IMG/VR virus record: IMGVR_UViG_3300042154_000577
Span: 2,634-66,633 of that record
Origin: a virus
Length of the DNA stretch: 64,000 nt
Reading direction: 5' to 3' (one strand)
The notes under the pieces are model-generated. The model saw nothing but the letters and a program-made list of their open reading frames with translations, did no database searches and was not told the DNA's origin. Below are positions 44,013 through 53,511 of this stretch, in pieces (position 1 is the stretch's first letter; the number at the start of each line of letters is the position of its first letter). A program made the position numbers and the translations under genes.

Positions 44013-46951
44013 GGTTTGCTTTCAAGTTGTGCCACACGGGCGGTGAGTTGGGTGATGAGGGCTTGTTGTTCTTGGATGGCAGCGGTCAATGTAGCCACTA
44101 AAAATGATGTGTCAATGCCCTGTGATTTGATTGAGCCATCTTCATTAACAGCATCTTTTTCACCAGAAACTGCTTGAGGACAAACTTCAGCCAATTCATG
44201 GGCAATAAAACCTTGACCATCAGAGCCATCTAACTTCCACTTATAAGTTACTGGTTTAAGTTTTGCTACTGTAGCCAACGCACCTGTCATTGGTACAACA
44301 TTTTCTTTTAGTCTATGGTCAGATATGGAGTTATAAGAAGTAGCTGTAGTAGATGCACTAATCCATCCAACAAATGTTGAATTAACAACAAATGCAATTG
44401 AATCTTGAGTTGTGCTTGTGGTATTTCTTACAACCACTCCTCGTTGAGACGAGCCTGTGAAATCTATAGTAACTCGCTCTCCACCATAGGAACTCGTAGT
44501 CCCCACCAGCAAGTTACCGCTGGAGTCGAGGGTCATTGTTTGGGTTAAAGAACCAGCGGCTGGTCTTGTGTAAAACTGAATATCAGTTCCAACATTGTCT
44601 GTAACTGCGCCAAAACGAATAAGCCCGACAGTTGAACTCGCCGAGTTATTCATTTGAAAGCTGCCACGATTCCCTGATGTGACACTACTGGAATTGGTCA
44701 TTGAAATGCCAACATCGCTAGTAGCACCAACATCCAACTTTGTAGCAGGCGAAGTCGTCCCAATACCCAAGTTACCGCTTGCATCCAGCGTCATTGCTTG
44801 GGTGAAGGTGATGGCGTTACCTGCTGTGCCTGATGAAGTGCTTGTAAAAAACTGATGCGCACCAGCACCCTGCGAATAGTAAGTTGCCGCACCATTTTGT
44901 TTAAATCGGTAAACAGCAGATGCGTCACGGTAAGAATTAGCCATAAAGCCAGAATCGTTTACTGTGTCAGTGCGGAAATATAACGCACCGCTTGCACCCT
45001 CTAAAACACGATAAGTGCTATACCAAGCACTAGGAGTAACCCCCAAGCCCAAGTTACCGCTGGAGTCGAGGCGCATGGCTTCTGGTGGTGCGCCAGATGT
45101 AGTTCCATGCGTATAAAACACAAGCGCGGCATTTGACGTTGTGCCGTCTGTTGTCCAATCGGTAGTCGCAATTGATGCAATTCGTGCGCCAATATTATTG
45201 TTGCCAGCAGTTACGTCATTATCAACACCATAGAAGTAGATATTGCCAAGTACATCCCCGCTCAAAATCTGTGGCGTTCCAGCCTTGTTAAGACCCAAAG
45301 ACAAATTACCTGTTCCACTTGTTAAGCCTTGAACAGAGATGCCAGTAAACGCCGCTGTATAGGGTGTAGTAGCCCCCACCAGCAAGTTACCGCTGGAGTC
45401 AAGGGTCATCCGAGTAACACCATTGGTGCTATCCCTGAATGCAAGACTGCCCACATTGCCAACAATGGACGACGATCCGACTGAAAATATGTTCCAGTTG
45501 TAGCCGCCGGTGCTGGTGTTAATGATGTTTATGGCTGTGCCAGTAGTATCTGCGCTGCTTAGTACGAGTTTTTGTGTAGGCGAACTCGTCCCAATACCCA
45601 AGTTACCGCTTGCATCCAGCGTCATTGCTTGGGTGAAGGTGATGGGGTTACCTGCTGTGCCGGAGGGGGCGTTGAACCATTGGTGTTGACCGCTAATTTG
45701 CAAATATTCAGAAGCTGCCGCACTTGATCTGTATATGTAATTAGTTCCGTTAAAGTAAGCATTGCAAAACAATGCAGACTGCACATTAGCGCCTGAACTA
45801 AAACCTGATAAAGCGTACCCAACACCTTCAAAGATTGAACTGAAAGTAGACCAAGCACTAGGAGTAACCCCCAAGCCTAGGTTGCCGGAGTAATCCAATT
45901 GCAGTCTTGAGTCACTGAGCGTTGCATTGGCGCTAGTAGCGTCTGCATTAAGGCATAAATGTAATGTGCCACGCCCGTTTCCGTCTGCGGACTGGAAAAT
46001 TACCGCAGCTTTTTGGTAGGTCGTGCCTGTAAAACCAATCCGCATTCCAACAAAATTACCAGCCGTTCCGATGCTATTTGAAGTCAGCGCAATTGGGTAA
46101 TAGTTCCCCGCCGCGTCATCTATGGTCAGCTTATAAGCTGGCGAACTCGTCCCAATACCCAGCCCTGTGCTGGTGAGGCGCATTTTTTCTGTGCTGGACG
46201 CATAAAACCTTGACTCTGCGGTTGCAAATAAAGCTAAGTCATCGCTTGTATTGCTTCCACCGCCAATCACATTGCTTGCAGTACCTAAAAGAATTTTTGG
46301 TGTGCCCCCACGGGAGATTGACACGTAACCTCCTTGAGCCGCAGAACTTCCACCATTTAAATATAGTTCTGCGCTATTTGCTGTTACTGTTATGTCATCA
46401 GTAGCACTCAGCGTCCCGGTGACTGCTAGGCCGGTGGAGGAGAAATCTGCAACAACTGGAATTGATGCACCAACACCAATTTTTACGTGCCCTGCGGCAT
46501 TATCTGACGCAATAAAAGCGCCAGCCGTACCGCTGCTATATATTCCAACCGCATTAGGCACAAGCACTCCATACGAGGTGTAGCCTGTACCGCCAAGTAC
46601 CAAAGCTGCGTCATTTCCGCTGCCGTTACTTAATTTGATACTAGATACAGCCGCAGTCCCAGCGTTGGCGTTGGTTACGGTTAACCCATCTACCCGTGCG
46701 CTTGCTCCACTTTTTGTAATAGTTACAACATCTGTAAACGTCCCCGTAGTAAACGCACCCGTGGTCGCAGTCGTAGCGCCAACAGTGCCGTTCAGTGGGC
46801 CAGCAAAAGACAAAGCAGAGACTGCCCGACCAGCAGTCAGGTCTGATACCGCCACCTTAACATTGCCCCCTGCTTGTACGAGTGGCAATACTTCCGTTCC
46901 GGTAAGTGGCGTGGTTGCGCTGGGTAGTGCAGATATCTTGGTATCAGCCAT
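44009..46951 (-). CDS. Long tail fibre with C-terminal S74 intramolecular chaperone
   Basis: MADTKISALP anchor; repeated MTLDxSGNLGIGT; SDHRLKEN...GFIAHEL...P.AV.G. Confidence 0.92.
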   Translation of the reverse strand: MADTKISALPSATTPLTGTEVLPLVQAGGNVKVAVSDLTAGRAVSALSFAGPLNGTVGATTATTGAFTTGTFTDVVTITKSGASARVDGLTVTNANAGTAAVSSIKLSNGSGNDAALVLGGTGYTSYGVLVPNAVGIYSSGTAGAFIASDNAAGHVKIGVGASIPVVADFSSTGLAVTGTLSATDDITVTANSAELYLNGGSSAAQGGYVSISRGGTPKILLGTASNVIGGGSNTSDDLALFATAESRFYASSTEKMRLTSTGLGIGTSSPAYKLTIDDAAGNYYPIALTSNSIGTAGNFVGMRIGFTGTTYQKAAVIFQSADGNGRGTLHLCLNADATSANATLSDSRLQLDYSGNLGLGVTPSAWSTFSSIFEGVGYALSGFSSGANVQSALFCNAYFNGTNYIYRSSAAASEYLQISGQHQWFNAPSGTAGNPITFTQAMTLDASGNLGIGTSSPTQKLVLSSADTTGTAINIINTSTGGYNWNIFSVGSSSIVGNVGSLAFRDSTNGVTRMTLDSSGNLLVGATTPYTAAFTGISVQGLTSGTGNLSLGLNKAGTPQILSGDVLGNIYFYGVDNDVTAGNNNIGARIASIATTDWTTDGTTSNAALVFYTHGTTSGAPPEAMRLDSSGNLGLGVTPSAWYSTYRVLEGASGALYFRTDTVNDSGFMANSYRDASAVYRFKQNGAATYYSQGAGAHQFFTSTSSGTAGNAITFTQAMTLDASGNLGIGTTSPATKLDVGATSDVGISMTNSSSVTSGNRGSFQMNNSASSTVGLIRFGAVTDNVGTDIQFYTRPAAGSLTQTMTLDSSGNLLVGTTSSYGGERVTIDFTGSSQRGVVVRNTTSTTQDSIAFVVNSTFVGWISASTTATSYNSISDHRLKENVVPMTGALATVAKLKPVTYKWKLDGSDGQGFIAHELAEVCPQAVSGEKDAVNEDGSIKSQGIDTSFLVATLTAAIQEQQALITQLTARVAQLESKP
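44747..45661. repeat. 84-bp direct repeat inside the fibre gene (44747-44830 and 45578-45661)
   Basis: Two mismatches by manual alignment; shorter repeats near 44501/45375 and 45022/45850. Confidence 0.85.
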
Positions 46952-47027
46952 GTTCTATGTCCTTTAAGCGGAAGTTACCGTTTTTCGGTTGGGCCGCACT
47001 CGCGCACAGCGCTCTTCTTAGTTTACC

Positions 47028-48956
47028 CTAGTTCTGATCAAACGCAGTGGGTATTAGCTCCCACCCAGCCGTTTGGGCGTCGGACACTACCCCCCATCCG
47101 GGGCTCTGGGCGTTGGATATCGGAACCCAACCAGCGTTTTGTGCGTTACTTATAGCAGCCCATGCGGCGGTCTGGGCATTGTCTATCTCAGCCCAGTTTG
47201 CGTTCTGTGCATCGTCAATGATGTCCCAGTAAGACTTCTGGACCCCAAGAACTCCGACGTTTCCTGTGGCTGCTACCCCAGACAGTAGCGCTGCCCTTAC
47301 TACTGCCAAATACCCCACAGCGCCCTGAGATGCTGCGCCCGTAATGGCAACCGTTATGTTGGAAACCGGGGTACCTGCAAGGCCATCAGCGTGGACCCCA
47401 CGTAGTGCCGGAGACACCGCAATCATCTCATTGACTGCGCCTACTATCAATAGCCCGCTGCTCCACGTATCAGCGCCCCAAGCACCTATGCCCCACTTAG
47501 AGTCGAGTGCAACCGATGTAGCGGGAGCTACAGCCCCCACGGCACCGTTGATGCTTGGGATCGGGCCTGTGCCCGCCTCTCCCATCAAATAGCTGCCGTC
47601 TTCCAACAGCAAGTACCCTGAACCGTCTTCTAGCAAGAAACGGCTGATGCCAATGTCCACCGTTATGCTCGGGGTCATCTGCCCCACGGAGCCGCTTGCC
47701 TGTACGCCCTTTAGCTCTGGGGAATAAGCAATGCTGCCAACGGAGCCCGTAATTGCTGCTTGGGCTCCACCCCATGTTCCAGAACCCCAAGCACCCGTAC
47801 CCCAGTTAGTAGCTAGGGAAACTGTAGTAGACGGAACAACAGCACCGACATTTGCGGCGGACGCTACCCCGGTTAAAAAGTAAATGTAGCTCTGGTTGAC
47901 GCTGCCAACAGAAGCATTGATAACAGTGCTGCTTCCACCCCACACACCGGAGCCCCACGTACTAACCCCCCAGCTAGCGTACTCACCTGCACTAGCTTCT
48001 TCCAGTAAGTAGCTGCCATCTTCCAGCAGCAAGTACCCTGAGTCATCCTCCAAAAGGAAGCGACTAATGCCAATAGTGATCGTAATGCCGGGTGTTACAC
48101 CGCCTACTGCGCCAAGCCCTTGCACTCCCGTAATGAACTCAATACGGTTATAGATGATGGTGCCGGTCTGCCCCGCCGCAGCATTGCCTATGCTGGCAAC
48201 CTGTACCTCAACTCCGTTTGACCCAACAGCACCCGTAATTGCTAAGTCAGACCCCCAAGCTCCAGAACCCCAAGCTCCAGACCCCCAGCCGGTGTTGATC
48301 GAAACAGCTATAACAGGGGCTACAGTTCCCGTGTTCCCTGAAGACGTTACACCGCTCAACGCTGCGGTTCTATCGACGGCTACAGAGCCCGTGTTTCCAG
48401 CAGCAAAAACGCCCGTGTTGGCAACCTGTATCTCAACTCCGTTTGATCCAACAGCACCTGCTATTGCTGGGGTAGCAGACCCCCAAGCTCCAGAACCCCA
48501 AGCTCCAGAACCCCAGCCGGGAACTATAGACGCCGTGATTGATGGGGTTAAGCTGCCTACCCCGCCCGAAGCAATTACACCCACTAGAGCAGGTGCAGTA
48601 GTTCCTGCGTTTCCGGTGGCGGATACGCCTGTGCTGGCAACAGTGATGCTTGGGGTAACGCTGCCTACGGCGCTTGTTTCTGCTACTCCTACAAGTGCAG
48701 TCGCTTGTGCTACGGTACCAACGGCACCGTTGATACTAGGGATTGGGCCGGTACCGGCCTCCTCCATGAGGTAGCTTCCGTCTTCCAGAAGCAGATACCC
48801 CGAACCGTCCTCAAGCAGGAAACGGCTGATGCCTATGTCTACTGAAATTGAAGCAGTAAGTACCCCGACTGCGCCTGCAGCAGAGTTGCCGTTTATTAGG
48901 GTGTAGCCGCCCCAGCCGCTACTACTCCAAGTGTCTTCACCCCAACTAGCAGCCAT
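47028..48956 (-). CDS. Gly/Trp-rich repetitive structural protein
   Basis: WGxGxWG clusters, 3x ISRFLLEDxSGYLLLEDGSYL, C-terminal AQxAxW repeats. Confidence 0.8.
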   Translation of the reverse strand: MAASWGEDTWSSSGWGGYTLINGNSAAGAVGVLTASISVDIGISRFLLEDGSGYLLLEDGSYLMEEAGTGPIPSINGAVGTVAQATALVGVAETSAVGSVTPSITVASTGVSATGNAGTTAPALVGVIASGGVGSLTPSITASIVPGWGSGAWGSGAWGSATPAIAGAVGSNGVEIQVANTGVFAAGNTGSVAVDRTAALSGVTSSGNTGTVAPVIAVSINTGWGSGAWGSGAWGSDLAITGAVGSNGVEVQVASIGNAAAGQTGTIIYNRIEFITGVQGLGAVGGVTPGITITIGISRFLLEDDSGYLLLEDGSYLLEEASAGEYASWGVSTWGSGVWGGSSTVINASVGSVNQSYIYFLTGVASAANVGAVVPSTTVSLATNWGTGAWGSGTWGGAQAAITGSVGSIAYSPELKGVQASGSVGQMTPSITVDIGISRFLLEDGSGYLLLEDGSYLMGEAGTGPIPSINGAVGAVAPATSVALDSKWGIGAWGADTWSSGLLIVGAVNEMIAVSPALRGVHADGLAGTPVSNITVAITGAASQGAVGYLAVVRAALLSGVAATGNVGVLGVQKSYWDIIDDAQNANWAEIDNAQTAAWAAISNAQNAGWVPISNAQSPGWGVVSDAQTAGWELIPTAFDQN

Positions 48957-48984
48957 GATTTATACAGCCTAGGGCTGTCCACGT

Positions 48985-49461
48985 TTAAGTCGTGGCGAGC
49001 CGAAGTAGTGCCGAACTTGTGGTATTGGAAGGCATTGTCAAAGTAAAGGTGCCAGCAGTAATGGTCTGTGAACCAAAAGTGTGGACGCTTACCGCTGCAT
49101 TGCTTTGCGTGGAGTTGTATATCAGCACCGAATCAAATGCCGTAGAAATTGTGACGGTGCTGTACACAATGCTTGCTGATGGTGTCCAGTAGGCTACGCC
49201 TGCGGTTGCAGAGGTATTAGAAGACGCCGGTACGGTGGCATTGGTAACGGTGGCCCCGCCTGCTGTATATCCAGTACCTGTAACTTCGCCAGTCGTACTA
49301 TAAACCGTGGTGCTTGCGTCAATAGTTGCAGATGCAAAGTACAGGGCTGCTTTAAACGTGTCCGCAGCAGTTGAGCCACGGACAGGGGCAACGCCAAAGT
49401 TATGCGTTCCGGTCAAAAGCTGCCTCATAAATGAGGTGGTCATCGCCTGCGTGTTAGCCAT
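48985..49461 (-). CDS. Virion structural protein (paralogue of 49656-50072)
   Basis: TSF..., TFKAALY, GYTAGG, VHTFG, TFT.TMP. Confidence 0.8.
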   Translation of the reverse strand: MANTQAMTTSFMRQLLTGTHNFGVAPVRGSTAADTFKAALYFASATIDASTTVYSTTGEVTGTGYTAGGATVTNATVPASSNTSATAGVAYWTPSASIVYSTVTISTAFDSVLIYNSTQSNAAVSVHTFGSQTITAGTFTLTMPSNTTSSALLRLATT

Positions 49462-49470
49462 GATGGGTTC

Positions 49471-49659
49471 CTAAATTTGTGCTGCTTCAGCAAACAGCGA
49501 GGGGGATTTTTTCAACGTAACATGGGCCGAGCGATGCACCAACTCACCATCTAACCAATACTCAGTCCAAGTCGTGTGCTCGTCTTCATTGTCAACAGAA
49601 CCTTCCCGCTTTACCAGCAGAGAATCGTCCATGTCGCCTTTGGTGGTCGTGACAATCAA
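49471..49659 (-). CDS. Small conserved protein
   Basis: TTKGDMD...EYWLDGELVHRS. Confidence 0.75.
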   Translation of the reverse strand: MIVTTTKGDMDDSLLVKREGSVDNEDEHTTWTEYWLDGELVHRSAHVTLKKSPSLFAEAAQI

Positions 49660-50072
49660 TTTGAACTCCTAATGAGTGCGGTGGTCGAAGTATTAGCAGG
49701 CATTGTAATCAAGAACGTCGTGGTTGAGGTCTTATCCGCACCAAAGTCGATGACCGCAATTGCCCGATTGGCCTTGCTGGCATTGTAGAGCAGAGCGCAA
49801 CGTGCAGTCAAAGCTGCAGTCCAACTTGTGTTGGCCCAGTTGACGTAGGCAGTGTAGTCAGAGGCGTTGATCGCCACGCCTGTAAGCGTGTTGCCACCTG
49901 CTGTGTACCCAGACGCTACAACCTGATTAGTAACGCTATAGACCGTAGTGTCCGCCCCTAAGTTGGCATTGGCCGTGTACAACGCCATTTTGATCGTGTC
50001 CGTGGACAGGTCGTGGATGCCCTGATACAACTCCTTTTTGAAGCTGGTGCACTGGGTTTGAACAATTGCCAT
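49656..50072 (-). CDS. Virion structural protein
   Basis: CTSFKKEL, KMALYT, GYTAGG, VIDFGADK. Confidence 0.8.
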   Translation of the reverse strand: MAIVQTQCTSFKKELYQGIHDLSTDTIKMALYTANANLGADTTVYSVTNQVVASGYTAGGNTLTGVAINASDYTAYVNWANTSWTAALTARCALLYNASKANRAIAVIDFGADKTSTTTFLITMPANTSTTALIRSSN

Positions 50073-50073
50073 G

Positions 50074-50742
50074 CTATGTCACCGCCTGACGATACTGCCC
50101 GCTACGGTACGCATCCTGTCGCTCCATACCGTCGCCCAGACGTTTGGCAAGAACAACAGCTTCCTTGTACTTACCGTCGTACAACGCGATCATGTCGGCT
50201 TCACCCTTCATGTAGGTGTAGGCTTCCACCAGCGCACCGTACAGGAGAACCGTGTCAAAGTTGTCCCCGAGCCACGTGTTCACGGCTGTTGTGATCGACT
50301 CGGGGTAGTAGAAGTAGTGCAGTTCCGCGCCGTAGTTGGTGTTGGGTGTTGGACCAACAATGAAAGATAGCTCTGCGGTTGGCGTAGGGGGTGCGCCCGA
50401 GGTTGTTGGGCCAAACAGGGCGTAGTATTTGGGAACCCCTGTTGATGTTGGGTTCGGGTACGCTTCACGAATGAAGTTGACATCCTTGTTCAGTAGGAAC
50501 GTGTAGTCGCCGCCCCCTGTGGGGTACACCGCTAAGGAGTACACGGCCAAGAAGTCGTCCGGGCAGGACAGGTACTTGTTGCTGGCTGTCACTGTCCCGG
50601 TCACGTTCTTACGAAGCGACGGAAACTGGATGGTGTTGTAGATGCGCTGCTCTGCCTGCGTGATGAACGTGTTCATCTGCGTTGTCGGAAACGTATTCTC
50701 CGTGTAGGTGGAGATCGCAGTGACAAGAGCCGCGTAGTTCAT
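50074..50742 (-). CDS. Head-tail adaptor-like protein
   Basis: FITQAEQRI, G.PKYY, GPTP, LLYGALVEA. Confidence 0.75.
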   Translation of the reverse strand: MNYAALVTAISTYTENTFPTTQMNTFITQAEQRIYNTIQFPSLRKNVTGTVTASNKYLSCPDDFLAVYSLAVYPTGGGDYTFLLNKDVNFIREAYPNPTSTGVPKYYALFGPTTSGAPPTPTAELSFIVGPTPNTNYGAELHYFYYPESITTAVNTWLGDNFDTVLLYGALVEAYTYMKGEADMIALYDGKYKEAVVLAKRLGDGMERQDAYRSGQYRQAVT

Positions 50743-51005
50743 GCCATCGGACCCCGAGCCATTGTGCCTTTAGTAGCCGCGCCGTTGCCGCGAGTTATGA
50801 TGCCCGAGGTCTTGGTGGCCTCATTGCCAGCGGACTTGCTGATGTTTCCGACACTGATGTCGAAAGAATCTAGCTGGCTTCGGTTCGGTAACTTGCCGGG
50901 GTTTGCCTCAACTGTTACCGCCTTACCACTCATTGTGTGGGGCTTGGCGTAAACGGCGGCGGAGCCAACCTCTTTACCCATAATTTTTTGACTGAACGTA
51001 GCCAT
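50739..51005 (-). CDS. Small basic late protein
   Basis: Ends RGNGAATKGTMARGPMA. Confidence 0.75.
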   Translation of the reverse strand: MATFSQKIMGKEVGSAAVYAKPHTMSGKAVTVEANPGKLPNRSQLDSFDISVGNISKSAGNEATKTSGIITRGNGAATKGTMARGPMA

Positions 51006-51015
51006 AAGATTCTCC

Positions 51016-51405
51016 TTACGAAGTTACTACCGATACTATACCGAGTTCTGCTATCGAAACCAGATAATTTGGCGTCAGCGCAGCATCAAAATTAGAAGCA
51101 CCGCCAATCGGGTTCCAGCCCCATTGTATGTCTCGTGACCCTCCAGAGGGGTTGCCCGCAATGTTGGGTCCAGAAACAAGGTAGGTCTGATCATGTCGTG
51201 GGTTGCGTACCGCCTGTGGGTCATCTACGGGATACATGCCTAGCTGCAACTGCGGATGATCTGGGTCCCAGCATTCTGGGCAAACTAAGAGGTTAAAAGT
51301 CTTTAGCTTGATGATCTCTTTTTTCAGTTGCTTTAGCTTGTACCTCTGCCCACAGCGGTCACACTCCGCGATACTACTCTTACCAGAAGCAAACCTATTC
51401 CCCAT
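51016..51405 (-). CDS. Zn-finger late protein
   Basis: CDRCG...VCPECWD.DHPQL. Confidence 0.8.
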   Translation of the reverse strand: MGNRFASGKSSIAECDRCGQRYKLKQLKKEIIKLKTFNLLVCPECWDPDHPQLQLGMYPVDDPQAVRNPRHDQTYLVSGPNIAGNPSGGSRDIQWGWNPIGGASNFDAALTPNYLVSIAELGIVSVVTS

Positions 51406-51408
51406 GCT

Positions 51409-52101
51409 CTACCCAATGAATTGCTGGCGCGGTACAAAACGCACCGCAGCTTTTTCACGGTCCTCTTCAGAAGCCAGAGCCCATGCCTCGTCGTACTGCT
51501 GCTTTAGCATCGGCAGGCGTTCACCACCAGTCGGCACCTTCATGGCAAGATGATAGGCCAAACCCGCAACCATGCAGGGGATAAACCGGAAGGGTACGTC
51601 CATTGTGTTAACACCAGTTCCTGCGTCATCAATACGCTTCAGACGCCAATAGACCAGCGTGTAGGTCTGCGTGTTATCAGGAATCGGCCACACAGTAACC
51701 TGCGGGATAGACGTTTTGCGGTCAATGTAAATCTGGATTGGGCGAGCCTGTTGCAGCTTGTTGGGTATCGTAGCGTACGTAGACACGCTGATGCGTGTGA
51801 TGGTCAAGTCAGCCTGTGTTGCAGCACTGCCTGCGCCCGTACGTATAACGTGCTCAAGAAGATCAACTGTGCTCGCAGGGAGGTCATATGTGGCAGTACC
51901 GGCAACCAGCGTGATCGACCCCTGCTCAAACGTCCACATGTTCAGGCCACGATTGGCCCAGTCGGCAAACATCAGATTCAGGCTGCGCCGTGCGGTCTTC
52001 AGGTCATAGCCCGTGCGCAACTCGGCCCCACAGCGCTCAAACGCCTCTTCAACTAGCTCAACTAGGTCAAGATTGAATATCGTCGTGCCAGAAGTTGCCA
52101 T
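51409..52101 (-). CDS. Head-tail connector / tail tubular protein A-like
   Basis: EEAFERCG, ARRSLN...WANRG, P.RF.P. Confidence 0.75.
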   Translation of the reverse strand: MATSGTTIFNLDLVELVEEAFERCGAELRTGYDLKTARRSLNLMFADWANRGLNMWTFEQGSITLVAGTATYDLPASTVDLLEHVIRTGAGSAATQADLTITRISVSTYATIPNKLQQARPIQIYIDRKTSIPQVTVWPIPDNTQTYTLVYWRLKRIDDAGTGVNTMDVPFRFIPCMVAGLAYHLAMKVPTGGERLPMLKQQYDEAWALASEEDREKAAVRFVPRQQFIG

Positions 52102-52334
52102 TATCTAAACCCTGCTGTTTTCTTTGCAATGCCCTTGGGCTGCGCTACGAACTGCTTGCCCTTGGCTTTACCTGCTCTTTTGGCCTTCGTGGTTGCAGCA
52201 TACTCAGCAGGGCTCAGGCTTTTGATAGCCGCCTCTGGCAAATACCTCTCCCCCGTCTTGGAAGACGGTTTACCAGACTTGGTGCGCCACTTCTGGTCAC
52301 CCCAGTCCTTGAGGGATTGCTGCGGTGCTTTCAA
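52101..52334 (-). CDS. Basic protein, C-terminal part of a DUF5872-like family
   Basis: QKWRTKSG...ERYLP...GKQFV; TTG start overlapping the upstream stop. Confidence 0.7.
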   Translation of the reverse strand: MKAPQQSLKDWGDQKWRTKSGKPSSKTGERYLPEAAIKSLSPAEYAATTKAKRAGKAKGKQFVAQPKGIAKKTAGFR

Positions 52335-52618
52335 TCTTTGTACCCGCCGCCTGCGGCCTTGTATCGTTTAGCCATAACTTGCGCTTTTCTCGCGCTCCAT
52401 TGCCCAGCACCTGTGCCTACAATCGCCGCAGCTTTGACGCTGTTAAAGATGCGCTTGCGAAGGCTGGGCTTGGTGTAGTTGCCAGCTTCGTTAACCTTTG
52501 ACTTTACTTCTCCGCCCTCGGCATACTGCGTAAAGTCCGTGTCATCACGGCGTGCCGTTTTCTTGGCCTTTGGCATCTTAGAGGGGTTGATGTCCCCCAT
52601 ACCTCTGCTTGCTCTCAT
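52331..52618 (-). CDS. Basic protein, N-terminal part of a DUF5872-like family
   Basis: NEAGNYTKP...GQWSARKAQ...GGGYK. Confidence 0.75.
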   Translation of the reverse strand: MRASRGMGDINPSKMPKAKKTARRDDTDFTQYAEGGEVKSKVNEAGNYTKPSLRKRIFNSVKAAAIVGTGAGQWSARKAQVMAKRYKAAGGGYKD

Positions 52619-52828
52619 TTAGCACATCCGCCCACGGGTTTTCCCGCGCTGCTCAATGCCGCCGCCACGAGCGTACTTCTTGACTGCCGGTGGCTTAGGC
52701 GCAGATGCCTTTGGCGCGGGGGCAGGGGCCTGCTCCGTAACAGTTAGCGACTTTGCATATGCCTTGTCAACTGTGCCTTTTTGTTCGGCACGGGCGTCAT
52801 CAATTTCTTGTTGAGTAGGGCGTCCCAT
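52619..52828 (-). CDS. Small late protein with YARGG motif
   Basis: Ends GIEQRGKTRGRMC. Confidence 0.7.
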   Translation of the reverse strand: MGRPTQQEIDDARAEQKGTVDKAYAKSLTVTEQAPAPAPKASAPKPPAVKKYARGGGIEQRGKTRGRMC

Positions 52829-53331
52829 CAGCACTTCCCACCTTTCTTCATACCTGTGGTGCTACCAGCCATCGTTGGCCTAGCTGCTTTGGTCATGCCC
52901 TTGGAAGCAATACCGTCAGCCGCCCGGACGTACCCGCCGCCTTTGAGACCAGCATGGGCCTTAGATGCGGGTTTACCAGCGTGTTTTTCCAGTGCGGAAG
53001 TCATACCGCCGCTAGCCATTTTTTTCGTGGGCATTTCAGGTTTGGCTCCAGCTTTCTTCTTAGCCATCATTGCCATCATGCCGGGGTTCATTTTCGTAGC
53101 CATAGTATCACCACCTTCTTTGAAAAGTTCGTTACGACCTTGATTGGTCTTGGGATTGTTTACCTTTTGCAGGTCGGGTCGGCTACCCGCACGGGCAGGT
53201 AGTTTTAGCGCTTTGTCAGCCGCTGTAAAGTCTTTACCCACGGACCGTGGGACTCCTGCTTTCTTGGCAAACGACGGCGAATTGGCAATCGCAGCCATGA
53301 AATTGTGTTGGGCTTTTGAGGTAGAGGGCAT
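52828..53331 (-). CDS. Lys/Met/Gly-rich late protein with four GG motifs
   Basis: FKEGG, MASGG, LKGGG, MKKGG. Confidence 0.8.
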   Translation of the reverse strand: MPSTSKAQHNFMAAIANSPSFAKKAGVPRSVGKDFTAADKALKLPARAGSRPDLQKVNNPKTNQGRNELFKEGGDTMATKMNPGMMAMMAKKKAGAKPEMPTKKMASGGMTSALEKHAGKPASKAHAGLKGGGYVRAADGIASKGMTKAARPTMAGSTTGMKKGGKC

Positions 53332-53510
53332 TATTCTTTCCTCTTGAGAATGCGCTGAACCGTGTCCGTTTCCCAGATTCGGATTCCTGTCCAGATGATT
53401 GTGAACAAGGCCGCAATAGAAGGTAGCATGTCCGCCAATGTTCCAATTACGGTTACGACAGAAAGCGCGTCAATGATGTGCTTTGTGGATTCTGTCAATT
53501 CGTGTTTCAT
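53331..53510 (-). CDS. Small membrane protein
   Basis: Hydrophobic; IRIWETDTVQ. Confidence 0.7.
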   Translation of the reverse strand: MKHELTESTKHIIDALSVVTVIGTLADMLPSIAALFTIIWTGIRIWETDTVQRILKRKE

Positions 53511-53511
53511 G

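Noticed and set aside
44747-45661. Fibre repeats as DGR template/variable pair
   Set aside because: No reverse transcriptase; the two mismatches are C/G swaps, not adenine-specific
47028-48956. WG repeats as Argonaute-binding hooks
   Set aside because: GW hooks are a eukaryotic Ago feature; the gene is in the structural module and similar motifs occur in another tail protein
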